Below, piece after piece: positions 12,666-26,647 of a DNA stretch of 64,000 bases; the stretch's first letter is position 1, and the number at the start of each line of letters is the position of its first letter. The notes beneath the pieces were generated by a model. That model had not been told where the DNA came from. It worked only from the letters and a program-made list of their open reading frames with translations, and made no database searches. The position numbers and the translations under genes are program-made. Source of the stretch: Octopus vulgaris (lineage: Eukaryota); assembly GCA_951406725.2 (NCBI GenBank), contig OX597820.1, forward strand, positions 57,102,001 through 57,166,000, given 5' to 3'.

Positions 12666-13356
12666 ATTTGCTGTTGTTATTGTTGAAATTTGTTCTTTGT
12701 GTTAGAATTTTAGCATTTTCTTTGTTTATTTTTTTTTTAATAATAATTGTTTTTTTTTCTTGTCTTTGTTTGTCTTTATATTTACCTAAGCTTTAGAAAT
12801 ATTGATCTAATTCACTTTCTAATTCAGTTTGTGGTCTCTGTTAGCTTTTTAAAAAAATGTAGTTGTCGTTGTTGTTAAAATTGTTTTATATTCATAACAT
12901 TGAGATTATAATAATAGTCATCATCATCATTATCATCATTGTACTCATCATCAATTCTTACTCTATTATCTTATGCATAAATTAGCATGTTTCTGTGTAT
13001 GTATATACATGAATGCTTCGATGAGACGATGTAATAGAAATATATAATTTTGCAAGCAGGAAAAGAGATAGAAAGAGAAGTATATTGGTACTTAGAAATA
13101 TATATATACTCTTATACATATCTATATATAATATGCATATGGTGCTCCAGCATGGTGACAGTCAAATGACTGAAACAAATATAAGAATAAAAGAAAGAAC
13201 ATATATATGTTTGTGCATGTGTATCTATTCATGTGTTTGTATACACACACATATATACAAACATGCATATATGTATCTATAGATACATATATATATACAT
13301 AAATATATCTATAAATATTTTATAATTATATACATAATTATAACAAGGGCTTGGCT

Positions 13357-13387
<31 letters not shown>

Positions 13388-13594
13388 TATATATATGAAT
13401 GTATATGTATATATATATACATGTACGCACACATACTGTAGTGTAGCAGTTTGGCAAAAGAGGCTGATAGAATATGTACTAGGATTCAAAAATTAATTGC
13501 TAGGATTGGTACGTTTGGCTAAATATTCTTGAAGGCAGTGCCCCAGCATGGCCACAGTCTAATGATTGAAACAATTAAAAGATAAAAGATATAT

Positions 13595-13650
<56 letters not shown>

Positions 13651-13679
13651 GATGTATGTATATCAATATCAAAGGAAAG

Positions 13680-14343
13680 TTAACTGGGAAGATAGTTTTT
13701 GTGTATGGCAGATGCACAGGAGTAATAAACACCAAAGATGCGCAGAAAACAGCTTTTGTCACATGCCAGGGGGAGAAACTAGTTGTAGTTGATAGCTTCC
13801 ACTACCCAGGTGACCAATTCTATAGTTGGGGGTGGATGCACTGAAAGCATAGCCACTAGAATAAGAATAGCCTGGGCAAAGTTCAGAAAGCTCCTACCTC
13901 TGTTGGTAACAAAGGGCCTCTTGCTCAAAGTGAAAGGGAGACTGTATGATGCATGTATGCAAACAGCCATGCTACATGGCAGTGAGACATGGGCCATGAC
14001 TGTTGAGGAAATACATAGGCTTGAAAGAAATGAAGCTAATATGATCTGCTGGATGTGTATTGTCAGTGTGCAAACATGACAGATTGTAAGTACCCTTAGA
14101 GAAATGTTGGACATAAGAAGCATTAGATGTGGTATGCAAGAGAGACAACTTGATGAGGAGAGCTGTGTGAATAAGTGTCACATCCTAACAGTGAAAGTAA
14201 CCTATGGAAGTGGTAGACCCAAGAAGATATGGGATGAGGTGGTGAAGCGTGAACATCAAACATTGGGCTTCACAGAGGCAATGACAAGAGACAAAGATCT
14301 TTGGAGATATGCTGTGCTTGAGAAGACCTGGCAAGCCAAGTGA
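13680..14343 (+). mobile_element. 5'-truncated RTE-clade LINE, ORF C-terminus (frameshifted, in-frame stop)
   Basis: EKLVVVDSFHYPG / RIRIAWAKFRKLLPLL...KGRLYDACMQTAMLHGSETW...RLERNE...GRPKKIWDEVV...DKDLWRYAV are hallmark RTE C-terminal motifs. Confidence 0.9.
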
Positions 14344-15295
14344 GATCATTGCTGTAGGCGATACCAGTGTCACATAACCAACCCATATAAAAGTACCCTT
14401 GAATTGTTGGGTGATATGCTATGCTTAAGAAGACCTATTGAGTCAAGTAAAATCGAAATCAAAATGGAAATCATAGTTATGGCCAATGTCAGTGCCGCTT
14501 TACTAGTACCCATGCTTGTTGCATGTAATAAGCACCATTCAAGCCTGGGTCGATGCCAGTGCTGCCTGACTAGATCCCTGTGCACATAAAAAGCACCATC
14601 TAAGTGTGGTCGATGCCAGTGCCCCACTGACTGGCTTGTGTGCTGGTGGAATGTAAAAAGCCCCATCTGAATGTGGTTGATGACAGTGTTGCCTGACTGG
14701 CTCCTATGCCGGTGGCATGTAAAAAGTACCCACTACACTCTCAGAGTGGATGCCGTCTACTGGCTTGCCAGACTTCAGTCAAACCGTCCAACCCATGCCA
14801 GCATGGAAAACAGATGTTAAATGATGATTATGATGATGTATGTATACATAAGTATCTGGATATATATGTATATATAAGCATAGGTACCTCTCTCTCAATA
14901 TTATATAAATTTATATATATACTGAGTCAAGTACATCAACATCAAAATAAAAATCAAATGGAAATTGTAGTTGTGATACCTGTGCTGGTGGCATGTAAAA
15001 AGCACCATCCGAATGTGATCGATGCCAGCGCCGCCTTGATTGGCATCCATGCCAGTGGCACGTAAAATGCACCAACCGATCATGGCCATTGTCAGCCTTC
15101 TCTGGCCCCTGTGTAGGTGGCACGTAAAAAGCACCCACTACACTCACAGAGTGGTTGGCATTAGGAAGGGCATCAAGCTGTAGAAACACTGCCAGATCAG
15201 ACTGGAACCTGGTGCAGCCTCCTGGCTTCCTAGACTCCGGTCGAACCGTCCAACCCACGCTAGCATAGAAAGTGGATGTTAAAGGATGATGATGA
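14344..15295 (+). mobile_element. RTE 3' UTR / family C repeats with ~55-65-bp internal units (GGCACGTAAAAAGCACC...) and (GAT)n tails, two successive copies
   Basis: Recurrent GGCAYGTAAAAAGCACC units and GTTGGCATTAGGAAGGGCATC...CAACCCATGCCAGCATGGAAA...GTTAAA(TGA)n ends. Confidence 0.75.
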
Positions 15296-17191
15296 TATAT
15301 AGAATATTGTGAGAGAGTGAGAGAGGGGGGAGAGATGCACATTGATATGTAGACATATATTCATATTCATATATTCATATGCACACAAACACACCAACTC
15401 ATGATGCATCACTGGACCTCTAAGCAGTAGCTTAGCTGGAAGGGGTGTGATGATGTTGGTAGGGCAACACTTTTATGGGGTCAGCACATTTGAGTAAGCT
15501 TATAAGCCTGTATAAGAGATGGTGTATGTGTGGCAGTGGGCAAACTCAAGGGTTGTCCAAGTAGTAACCTACACTCTAGCTATAAAACTATGCCACTGCT
15601 TCTGCCAAAGGGAGGAAAAGAGGAAGATATACTCAAGTTGGATATCTGACCCCTAAAGGCTTGAATGCTTGCAAGAAAATTGGGGTCTGCTAAAGTTAGC
15701 CAAGAATGTTGTTTGATGGTGGTAAACTGGACGATGGGTCAAGTCTAGTGCTCAATTAGACCTTCTTGAAATTTGAACTCAGGATACTGCAAAGAGTTGA
15801 ACAATTATCACAAGGCACCTGGTTTAATGTTCACACAGTTCTGCCAATCTGTTAATTTGGATGGCCACTTTTTTAAACAACTCAAAAAAGAAAATTTGAT
15901 GAAAGACAAAATTGAACTCCATGGGATTTGAACTTGCTTCCTAAATCATTGGACAGCCATGTTGCTTTCTACACCTCATTCCTATCACTTTTGTTTTTGA
16001 TATTACTGATTTACTTTATTTTCTCAATAACTCCAGTGCTCATCTAGCATGTGACATGTTCAATAGAATTAGGAGATGGAACTAGAAACTTAACATTCAC
16101 TTCATTTCGTTAAAAAAAAACTCAAAAAAAAAAAACACAAACAAAAATTTGTAGAAAGAAAGAAATTCTAATATTTAAAAAAAAATTTATTTTGTTTAGT
16201 AATCATAACTAAAAAATGTGAACTTTCTAGCTTCAATATTTTTCCGATATGCCAGAGTAAACATTGAAGCAAATTATTCAAACCGGGAAACATAACCAAA
16301 ACAATGGCACCTAATTTTTTGGTTGTTGGATATGTTGAATGGGGAGGAAAGAAGTGAATAATAAGAGAATACCATGATGATAGAAAGCAGTATTATTACC
16401 AAACAGTTCAATATGTGGAAGTGTTTATAACATATTAATAATCTTAAAACATATCAAGGCTTTGTTTTTTGGATAATAATATTGTTTTTTTAAAATGTTT
16501 TTCTAAACAGGCATGATTATAGGAATGGGCATAGATAGGTTGTTAAAAAGCTCACTTTGGAACCATATGGTTTTGGGTTCAGTCTCAGTGTGTGGTACCT
16601 TGGGCAAGTGTCTTCCACTATGGCCTTGACCAATATTTTGAGAGTGAATTTAATTGATGGAAATTGTCGTATGTATGTATGTCTATGCACATGTGTGTGT
16701 GCGTGTGCGTGTGTGTGCATGTGTGTGTGTGTGTGTTCTCACCCACTGCGCAACAGCTGGTGTTGGTTTGTTTGTATCCTTATAAATTAGCAGTTCAGCA
16801 AAAGTGACTGATAGAATAAAAGTACTGGGGTTGATTTTTGTTTGTTTTTGTTTTCACTAAACCCTTCCAGGTGCTGCCCCAGGATGGCTGCAGTCAAATG
16901 ACTGAAACAAGTAAAAGATAAAAGATATTTTCTGTCTAGTTAAACAACGATAATACCACCATCAGTTCTGAGGCTATTTTGAAAATGAAAAGTTTTAGGG
17001 TTTTAACTCTAACTTTTCTGAAATATATAATGTTTTCATGAATTGGTAATATTGGGTTTAGACCACAAACACTTTCAGGGACCAAATACCCTCAGAAATT
17101 GCAATGGTGTCAGGTCATCATTTTCAGTGTATAATAAATGGTAATTCCACATCTCAGATATTCAGACAAAAGATACTGTCTTCATGTAGAG

Positions 17192-17532
17192 CAGGGCTTC
17201 TCAACCATTTTTTGTCTATGGACCCCTTTGGTTACTATTTTATTCTGGGGGACCCTCATAGACATTCAATGTTTAAAAACTAGTTTTATAGAAACTTCTT
17301 TCCAAAATTCCTATTTTGTTTTTCACACATTAGCTTGTGTAGTTTGAACTATGTAAAATGAAAGAGACCTAGCTGTTTTTTGGAATATATACCAATACAT
17401 ACATCTAAAGAAAATTCTTTCAGGGCCCTTAAAATGCTGCTGTGAATCCCCAGTTTACTATTTTGTTTTGTGGACCCCCAAAATCTTATATAGATCCTCA
17501 GGAACCATATGGACCCCGGTTGAGAATCACTG
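17192..17532. mobile_element. hAT (Charlie-type) MITE with perfect 8-bp TSD
   Basis: TIRs CAGGGCTTCTCAACC / GGTTGAGAATCACTG; ATGTAGAG at 17184-17191 and 17533-17540, close to the Charlie target consensus NTCTAGAN. Confidence 0.9.
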
Positions 17533-18279
17533 ATGTAGAGTCTTAAGAACAAGGGTGTGTGAAAGCCTTCATATCACTCCCAACTGTGTTGTCCCCTGAT
17601 ACTGTTATCCACACTTATGTCATACAGGTAAACATGTATCTCTTATATAGCAAGACACCTGTTCCTGTCCCTCATTCCTTCAATCTTACTTTAACCTCTC
17701 AAAGCCTGGCATATAATTGCTTCCCTCTCTACTACATCCTCATTCAGTCAAGGTAGCTTGTCTTGAGAGTTAGTTGATTCTCACTAGCACTGGTGCTATG
17801 TAAAAAGCAATCAGTACACTCTGTAAAATGGTTGGCATTGGGAAGGGCATTCAGTCAAAAAAATTATGCGAAAGCAGACACCTGAGTTCAGTGCAGTCCT
17901 CCATCTCATCAGATCCTGTTAAACATCCAACCCATGCCAACATAGAAGACTGATGCTAAAAGGTGATGATGATGAAGGCTTAAGTGAAGAGAAATATCTC
18001 ATCCTGGAATTAAGCCTACATTACCAGATTTTAGTTTCCATAAGCTTACCATTAGTCAAATTATGTGCACATCAATCAACTATGCTAAGAGAGGACCTCT
18101 ACGTCATTGCTTATGCTGTTAGAAAAGCACTCAAATATCTCTTTACTGACTACCTACCACCTTAATGAATGCATTGGATAACCTGTGGGATATACTATGT
18201 CTGACAAAAATTATGGATGATCATGGTTAGAATGCTTTTGAGTATAGGTCTGCTGAGGTTGACTAAGGACTGGTACTTG

Positions 18280-18540
18280 TACGTGAGATATTTCCTAAAT
18301 TACGTTACTTGGGTCCCATTAATGGCTTATATGTTCTCAAGTCAGGTATATCAGCTCCTCAAACTAGTGCCCATGCTAAGATTTCTGCTCAGACATACAA
18401 TCCAAGGAAGTTGTCATTAATTATGCAATGTCTGAACCTACCCTGCTGTATGTAGCAGAGAACTGTACCTTCACATGGTACTAATTATCAATTAGATGAC
18501 CTGAGTCATTGTGTATGGAAAGCCTTCACCCAGAATAGAT
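18280..18540 (+). mobile_element. Highly decayed RTE-like LINE fragment
   Basis: FPKLRYLGP and YAMSEPTLLYVAENCT resemble the RTE motifs FxYLGS and PTLLYGAETWT. Confidence 0.45.
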
Positions 18541-19221
18541 CATGGCATTAATAATCCAATGATAATTACCCTCTCCAGTAGGCCGACAGATTTTTGACTT
18601 GATCTGTAATGACTCTGTTTCACAAATAGATGCTTTTGAAAAGCCAATCACTCAACTGTGAAGTGCATATGGGTAGTTCACACACACATATATACACATG
18701 CACATGAGACCCCCCCACACACACACACAACACAACACACATACATGCCAGAAGAAGCAAACTGCAGCATGTCGTTGTTAATTGGCTGTTTGCTTAAAAA
18801 ATTTGAACTTGAGTGTGACTTCAGACAGTGAAGTTGGTAGTAATGATAACTTGCATAAATAGGTGTCAGATAATATATAAGGGTGGATAAATATGTTTGT
18901 ATGACTCCAATGCTTTTTCTAAGAGAAGTAGTGATCCAATAAAACAGCCTAAATATAGAATCAAATCTCTAAGTTTTTGACCCCGTTTTCAAAACAAAAC
19001 ACCACCTAACTTATGAAGCCTTCAGGCTTTCAAATATAAAACATGTTTAATTGCTGCCTTTGTTCATGAGTAAAACCTGTGTGGTAAGGCTGGAAATTAA
19101 CCGAGATAGTAGAGCATCTGATAGGAAGCTTTGTAACAGTATTTGCTTAAGTTCTCTATACTCTGGGTTCAAACCTTGCTATGGTTGACTTAGCCTTTTT
19201 AGCATATTATGGGTTGTTTAA

Positions 19222-19440
19222 CCCTTTAGCATTCAGATTATTCTGTCAAATGTAATGTTTATTTATACACATTGCTTTGAATTAATTGTGAATTATCTCA
19301 TAGTTTTGAGAATGCAATGATATGATTGTTTATTTTTTAGAATGAAAGGTAGATGTAAGAGGCTGGACATGACCAATTTGGACAAAAAAAAAAACAATAG
19401 AATGTTTGGGCTGGATATGACCGGTTTAAATGCTAAAGGG
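19222..19440. mobile_element. piggyBac-like MITE
   Basis: TIR CCCTTTAGCATT / AATGCTAAAGGG, flanked by TTAA (19218-19221) and TTGA (19441-19444). Confidence 0.75.
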
Positions 19441-19480
19441 TTGATAACATAAAAGTTCATGGTAGTGTGTTGGTAGAATT

Positions 19481-19712
19481 AGGTGGCGAGCTGGCAGAAA
19501 CGCAGGCATGCCGGGTGAAATGCTTAGCGGTATTTCGTCTGCCGTTATGTTCTGAGTTCAAATTCCGCCGAGGTCGACTTTACCTTTCATCCTTTCGGGG
19601 TCAATTAAATAAGTACCAGTTATGCACTGGGGTTGATATAATTGACTTAATTCGTTTGTCTGTCCTTGTTTGTTCCCTCTGTGTGTAGCCCCTTGTGGGC
19701 AGTAAAGAAATA
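19481..19712 (+). mobile_element. SINE family A monomer. Other copies: ~7405-7607 +, 21525-21740 -, 23525-23695 +, 30490-30661 -, 32970-33186 -, 34710-34830 +, 51271-51497 -, 56090-56300 +
   Basis: Same head and body as 10280-10694; short AGAATTA duplication at the flanks. Confidence 0.85.
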
Positions 19713-20832
19713 AGAATTATAAGGGTGTCAGATAAAATGCTGTGTGTTATTTGTTTGAGGCCTTTGTGTTAGAATAGCAATATTTGAGATGTCACAGGCA
19801 CTCAGCTGCACTGTTAAGTTACATTTCGGCATAAAATTTACAACATTGGTTAACACTAGTATATATAAACGCAGAGGTCTCTTCCCATATATATATATGG
19901 GTAACACATAAAAAGCATCCAGCACACTCTGTCAAGTGGTGGGTGTTAGGAAGGGCATTCAGTCATAGAAACCATGCTACAGCAGACAACTGGAGCCTGG
20001 ACAGCTCCCTGCTAGCCAGCTCCATGTCAAACCATCCAACCCATGCCAACATGGAGAGCAGACATTAAACAATGATGATGATGAGAATGATGATATGTCT
20101 GATATATATATATATATATCATCATCATCGTTTATTGTCTGTTTTCCATGCTAGCTTGGGTTGGACAGTTTGACTGGGGACTGGCAAGCCAGGAAGCCAC
20201 ACCAGGCTCCAATTTGATCTGGCAGTATTTCTATGGCTGGATGCCCTTCCTAACGCCAAGCATTCCGAGAGTGTAGTTGATGCTTTTTATGTGCCGCCAG
20301 CACAGGAGCCAGTCAGGCAGCACTGGCATCGGCCATGTTCAGATGGTGCTTTTTATGTGCTATAGGCACAGGAGCCAGTCAGGGCAGGAGGCAGGCATCG
20401 ACCACGTTCAGATGGTGCCTTCTACATGCCACTGGCTCGGGGAACCAGTCAGATGGAACTAGCAATGACCCACACATGCATTGTGCTTATTGCATACCAC
20501 CAGTATGGGAGCCAGTCAGGTGGCACTGGCATCAACCACAACTACAATTTCCATTTGATTGTGATTTGATTTGATTTTGATTGTGATTTATATATATATA
20601 CATGGCAGGCCAGTAACGTACTTTTCTACAATGTATGGATAATTTATCCTGTTCATGCTATTTTATCAGCATTATCACACGTTTGAGAATAAAAAATTTA
20701 TTTCTCAATCTTTCAATACATCTCAACACTTCTAAAACAAACTTTGTTTACTTTCATCGTAAGTTGAATTTAGCATTAGTGTCTTATGAAGCTAAATTTA
20801 TAAGTTCTAAAACTGCAGAAGAATTCGTTACT

Positions 20833-20904
20833 GGGCAGTCTAGCTTAATGGTAAAGCACTTGATGCGTAATCGCAGGGATGTGAGCTCATGTCTCATGGC
20901 TGGC
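20833..20904 (+). pseudogene. tRNA-like sequence (tRNA pseudogene or SINE head)
   Basis: GGGCAGTC-TAGCTTAATGGTAAAGC-ACTTGATGCGTAATCGCAGGGAT-GTGAG-CTCATGT-CTCAT-GGCTGGC: recognisable acceptor, D and T arms, but degenerate T-loop and anticodon stem. Confidence 0.6.
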
Positions 20905-20998
20905 TGGCTGGTAACGTATTTTTCTGCAATGTATGGATAATTTATCCTGTTCACACTATTTTATTAGCATTATCACGTGTTTGAGAATAAAAAATTCT

Positions 20999-21037
<39 letters not shown>

Positions 21038-23236
21038 GTATTTGTGTGTCTGTGTTTGTCTCCCCAGCATCACTTGACAACTGATGTTGGTGTGTTTACA
21101 TCCCCATGACTTAGTGGTTTGGCAAAAAAGACCGATAGACTAAAGTACTAGGCTTACAAAGAATAAGCTCTAGGGTTGATTTGTTCGACTAAAGGCAGTT
21201 TTCCAGCATGGCCACAGTCAAAATGACTGAAACAAGTAAAAGAATGAAAAGATGTATGCATGAAATGTTGATAAGGTGTAGGAGTGGCTGGTGTGTTTAT
21301 GTCCCCGTAACTTAACGGTTTGGCAAAAGAGACTGATAGAATAAGTACTAGGCTTACAAAGAATAAGCCCTGGGGTTGATTTGCTCAACTAAAGGCGGTG
21401 CTCCAGCATGGCTAAAGTCAAATGTCTGAAACAAGTTAAAGAATAAGAGAAAAGCAGTTTATCTGGCATGATAATGATTCTATCAGCTCACTGCCATTTT
21501 TTTTTTTTTGTCTTTATTAATGGTTTCAAACTTTGGCACATGACTAGCAATTTTAGGGGTAGGGTATGCTGACTAAAGTGACCCCAGTGCTCAATTGGTA
21601 CTTACTTTATCAACCCCTGAAAGAATGAAAGGCAAAGTTGATTTCAGTGGAATTTGAACTCATAACGTAAACAGCCAGAAGAGACACTGCTTAGAATTTT
21701 GTCCAACTTTCTAAATGAATCTCCCAGTTTGTTGCCTCTCTGGCTTTTAATAATGATATCACATGTAGGCATGTGGTATAAAAACCGAAATAAATAATTA
21801 AAAAAATTAAACAAAAAATTTAAAAACAAAAGCCAAAAAAGTTGAACATTCATAGTTATTTTTCAGAGGACAGTGATGACAAAAATTATGTGAAATGGAT
21901 TGCAACTAGACATTGAAATTATACTGTTACATTGGTTCTATGAAAACTAACCCATCTGCCGTCCCTCCACAACCAACACCAATATCTCCCCGACCATCCA
22001 CCCCACCACCATGAGAATTGCATTCCAGCATTTTTTACGATTTTTTTTTGTATTTCTTTCCGTGTTTTTATTTCTCCCACGATACCGATACCGTCATATT
22101 GAACAAACACTGTTACTTTCATTCACTAAAACTCTTTTGTACTTGCCATAGATTGGTTAATCACTGATGAACATAGTCTGTTGAAAATTGACACAACCAA
22201 TCTTAAAATCAAACGGTATGATTACATTTGATCTGGAAATTTCCATCTAGTCACTCACTACTAAATCTATATCAAAAGCATGTTGGGATACAAATGAAAG
22301 GTATTGTTTGCTTTTCAGAAAGGGAGAATTAATGATCCACATGAAGCTAGCAAGCCGAAGTGATTATTACATTTGATGTAAGGATTACAGTGTGTTTCAT
22401 TGCTTTTCTCTTTATTACATTTGCTTTTACTACCAGAAGTAAGCGGTGAAGGTGGAAGAAAGAGGAGGAGGGGGAGGAAGAGGAGGAGCATATGGAGAAA
22501 TTGAATTACACATTGAAAAACTCCCTCTGAAAATCACTGAATATAAAATTTACTTTTCAGAGTTTATTTCAATTACTTCCAGGAAACACAAACACTTGCA
22601 CATAGACCATCACATTAAATTCTCCTGGATGCTTGCAACATTTGCCATTTCTCATTCACCATGGTGATGACAGCAGTGATGGTGACAGTGGTGGCGACAG
22701 TCTCAGCTTCTTCTTTTACTTCTTCTCCTCCTCTCCCAATTCACTTCCTCCTTCTCCTCTTCTTACTTATTTTCCCTTCTACCTCACTCCTCCTTATTCT
22801 CTTCTCCTTCTACTCTTTGTCTCCCCTCTCTCTTCATTTTTTCCTTCCTTTTCTTTTCCTTCCTCTTCCTCCTTCTTTTTCTTCCTACATCACTCTCACC
22901 ACCACCACTTGCACAAAGCTCATGAGTATATCAAATTAACTCCCACTCCACCCCACCCCACCTGAATACCTGACACTTATCTAATCAACTTATACCTTAT
23001 CCCTTCCCAGGTGAATAACAGACAAACTTAACTCTGATGAGATTTGAACTCACATCCCAGAGATACATAACTAATCAGAGGAATGCATCTAGTCCACAGC
23101 TCCATTATTTCATTCACTACACCAATACCAACAATAACAATAAGAAGCAAGGCAGCTCAGTTTAGAAGTGGAAGATTATAATTAGTTATGTCACTTTCTG
23201 GTTTACCCCCACTATTTAACTGGTACTTTGTTACTG

Positions 23237-23311
<75 letters not shown>

Positions 23312-23455
23312 TGTTTTTCATCCTTTCCGGGTCAATAAATTAAGTACCAGTAAAACACTTGGGTCGATGCAGTTGACTAGTCTCCTCCCCACAAATTTCA
23401 GGCCTCGTGCCTTTAATAGAAAGGATTAGTATTATAGTTATCATCATCATCATCA

Positions 23456-23519
<64 letters not shown>

Positions 23520-24714
23520 GTTGAGCAAAATGCTTAGTGTCTTTACATTCTGAGTTCAAATTCTGCCAGGATCGACTTTGCCTTTAATTCTTTTGAGATC
23601 AATGAAATAAGTACCTGTTATATATTGGAGTCAATATAACTGACTAGCCTCCACCCCCAAATTTCAGGCATTGTACCTTTTGTAGAAAGGATTATTATTA
23701 TTATTATTATTATTATTATTGAGTGAGAGAGCAGAGCATGCCATCAAAGTGACACTGGACTTCATATATTATATACTGGGCTTCATATAGGGAAGTAAGT
23801 CTATAACATGGACCCTAGTATTTGACTGGTACTTTATCAAATGCGGTAAACTCCTCTAATATAGGCACTTGATGCGTAAAAACACACACATGGATCATAG
23901 CAGACAATCTACCCCCTCATCTTTCTCCCTGTTGCTCCCTTTACCTTAATCTCTCACCCCCTCTCCTTTCTTTTCCACCTGAATCTACTCTGCAACAAAA
24001 CACCTGTATCTGTCCCTGTATGCCTTTCTTTAATCTCTCATTAACTGGCACAATGCTACACCCACCTCAGTACTATCTCCTCTTCCCGGTTCAGGGGGTT
24101 TTCTCTTGCAAGTTACTTGGTGAACCCCATCGGTTGTGGTGCTTGTGCGTGTGTGTGTGTTTGTATGTATGTACATAGCCAGGTTTTGTAGAGGTGCAGA
24201 CATGGTACTGTGGCTAAGAGGTTTCCTTCCCAGCTGTTTGGTTTTGAGTTGAATCTAAAACGATCTAATGAGATTTGGTAAACAGAAACTGAAAGAAACC
24301 AATCGTGTATGTGGGTGTGTGTGTGTGTGTGTGTGTGCATGGGAATAGATGTGCTTTTGTCCTCTCTTGGCAATGTACCATGATTGTAATTGAGCATCAC
24401 TATCATACAAACAGTGTCCTTTGTCTCTAATCTTCCATGAAATATGTCTGGAAATGAGCTAATATTATGTTATTTGGAAAAAAGAAGGGCATTTAACCAT
24501 AAAAAATATGCCACAATGAATTACATCTGACCCAAGCAAGCATGTAAATGTGCATGTCATAACAATGATGATGATAATGATGATGATTTGAGATAGGTAT
24601 CTGTCTATCTATCTGTCTGTCTGTCTATCCATACATATCCATATACATACAGGTGCGCGTGCGTGTGCACACACACACACATACATAATATATCTAGAAA
24701 TATATATATATGTT

Positions 24715-25963
24715 CAGGGTGTGGTGAATAAGTCGTCTTCTAAATTATGCAAAAATGAAAATAACACTGACATCTCCTTTTAACAGATATATTTACCAAA
24801 ATTATATAAAAATATTTTAAAATATTAAAGAGTAAATTTATTTAATAAAATTGCCATTGGCTTCAGCTACGGCCTCCAGACGACCTTGGAATCTCCTGCA
24901 ACTCTTCTGGACGGTCTCCTTGTTTAAGTTGCTGAATGCTGTCATAATCCTTGTCTTCAGTTCATCTTTGTTACAAGGAGTTTTGGTGGTCTCTCTCCCG
25001 ACACATAATAACCAGGGGGTTGCAGTCTGGGGAGTAAGGTGGCCAGATGTTAGGGGTAGTGTGGTTGCAGAAATTGTCTGACAGTCATGACTGGGTTCTC
25101 CTGCTTATGTGGCATGGTGCAGAGTCCTGTTGCCAGACATAGGGTCTTCCAGCAGCCACCCTCTTGACCCAGGGCAGCACTGCCACCTCCAGGCACTTTT
25201 GATGTAGGCCTCTGTGTTGAGTCTGAGGCTGTGTGGGAAGATGAATGGAGGCATAACGTTGCAAACACCATGATGTTGACTGGATGTTTGATTTTTATCA
25301 CTCTTATTTTGGGGATAAGGCAAGCCAACACTTGTTCTGTGTGTTCACCATTTGATTCTTGCAGAAATTTTTCTTCTCTTAGAAAAACCAAAGCATGTTC
25401 GGTTGGAGGGGATACTTGAGTTTGTTTGAAAGCTCCGTAGCATGGTCTTACCCCTTGTCCTTGGTGATTTGGGATAAAAATTGGCCCTTTCTCATCTTGT
25501 ATGAGGAATGCCAAATGTCTTCATGTATTACCTGCCTGATAAAAAACTCAGACACACACATGTCCCTGGTGATGAACCTGATTGAGTTGGAGGAATTGTT
25601 GTCAATCATGGCCTGGATCTCACCAACAAATTCAGGTGTTCTTTTCAGAATGATCAGAGTGAGTTTTCTGAGATGCTGTACCTTCATAATCACCATTAGA
25701 TTCATCCAACTCTTTCCAAATCCTGCACTATCCTCAAATTGACACCCGAACACTCTGAAATATTTGTATTGGAGCTTCCAGGATGAATGCCAAGCAGTAT
25801 AGCATGTTGTTTCCAAATTTCTGGCAGAGTTAATTGTGTCATGGGGCTGGGTTTCTCACACTCAGTGCCCAACTGACCCTCCTATACTGTGTAATTAACG
25901 AAAAGACAAACAATGCATGCGCAAAATTAGAAATATGAAATGGTAACAATTTACCCATCTCTG
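24715..25963 (-). mobile_element. Near full-length decayed Tc1/mariner transposon (maT/DD37D-like), pseudogenised transposase
   Basis: Minus-strand translation gives GRPYVWQQDSAPCH...SDNFCNHTTPNIWPPYSPDCNPL...DELKTRIMTAFSNLNKETVQKSCRRFQGRLEAVAEANGNFI, plus KHPVNIMVF and an N-terminal HTH-like RTPEFVGEIQAMIDNNSSNSIR...IRQVIHEDI. Degenerate TIRs begin CAG at both ends; ~1.25 kb. Confidence 0.88.
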
Positions 25964-26469
25964 TGTGTGTGCATATATATCATCATCATCGTTTAACATC
26001 TGCTTTCCATGCTAGCATGGGTTGGACAATTTGACTGAAGACTGGTGAACCAGATGGCTGCACCAGGCTCCAATCTGTTCTGGCAGAGTTTCTACAGCTG
26101 GATGCCCTTCCTAACACCAACTACTCCGACAGTGTAGTGGGTGTTTTACGTGCCACTGGCACATGGCCAGTCAGGCGGTACTGGCAATGGCTATGCTCAA
26201 ATGGTGTTTTTCATGTGCCATCTGCACAGGTGCCAGTGACCTCACTCAAATGTTTTTCATGTGCCACCACCATAAGTGCCAGTAAGGCAATGCTGGTAAT
26301 GATTACGCTCGAATAGTGCTTTTTACGTGCCACCAGCACGGAAGCCAGTTTGTTGCTCTGGCAGCGATCACGCTCAGATGGTGCTCTTAGCGCTCCACTA
26401 GCATGTATGTATATATATATATATATATATACATATATATATACATATATATATATATTAACTCTGCCC

Positions 26470-26513
<44 letters not shown>

Positions 26514-26606
26514 TACATATATACATACATACATGCATACATATATATATATATATACATACATACATGCATATATATATATATATATATATACATACAT
26601 ACATGC

Positions 26607-26647
<41 letters not shown>

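Noticed and set aside
14480-15140. Regularly spaced GGCACGTAAAAAGCACC repeats as a CRISPR-like array
   Set aside because: Eukaryotic context, the 'spacers' are homologous to each other, there are no cas genes, and these are internal tandem units of the RTE-related 3' UTR.
22150-22203. AGATTGGTT...AACCAATCT hairpin as a pre-miRNA or snoRNA
   Set aside because: Only 9 bp of outer stem with poor inner pairing; no D box matching the TGATGA.
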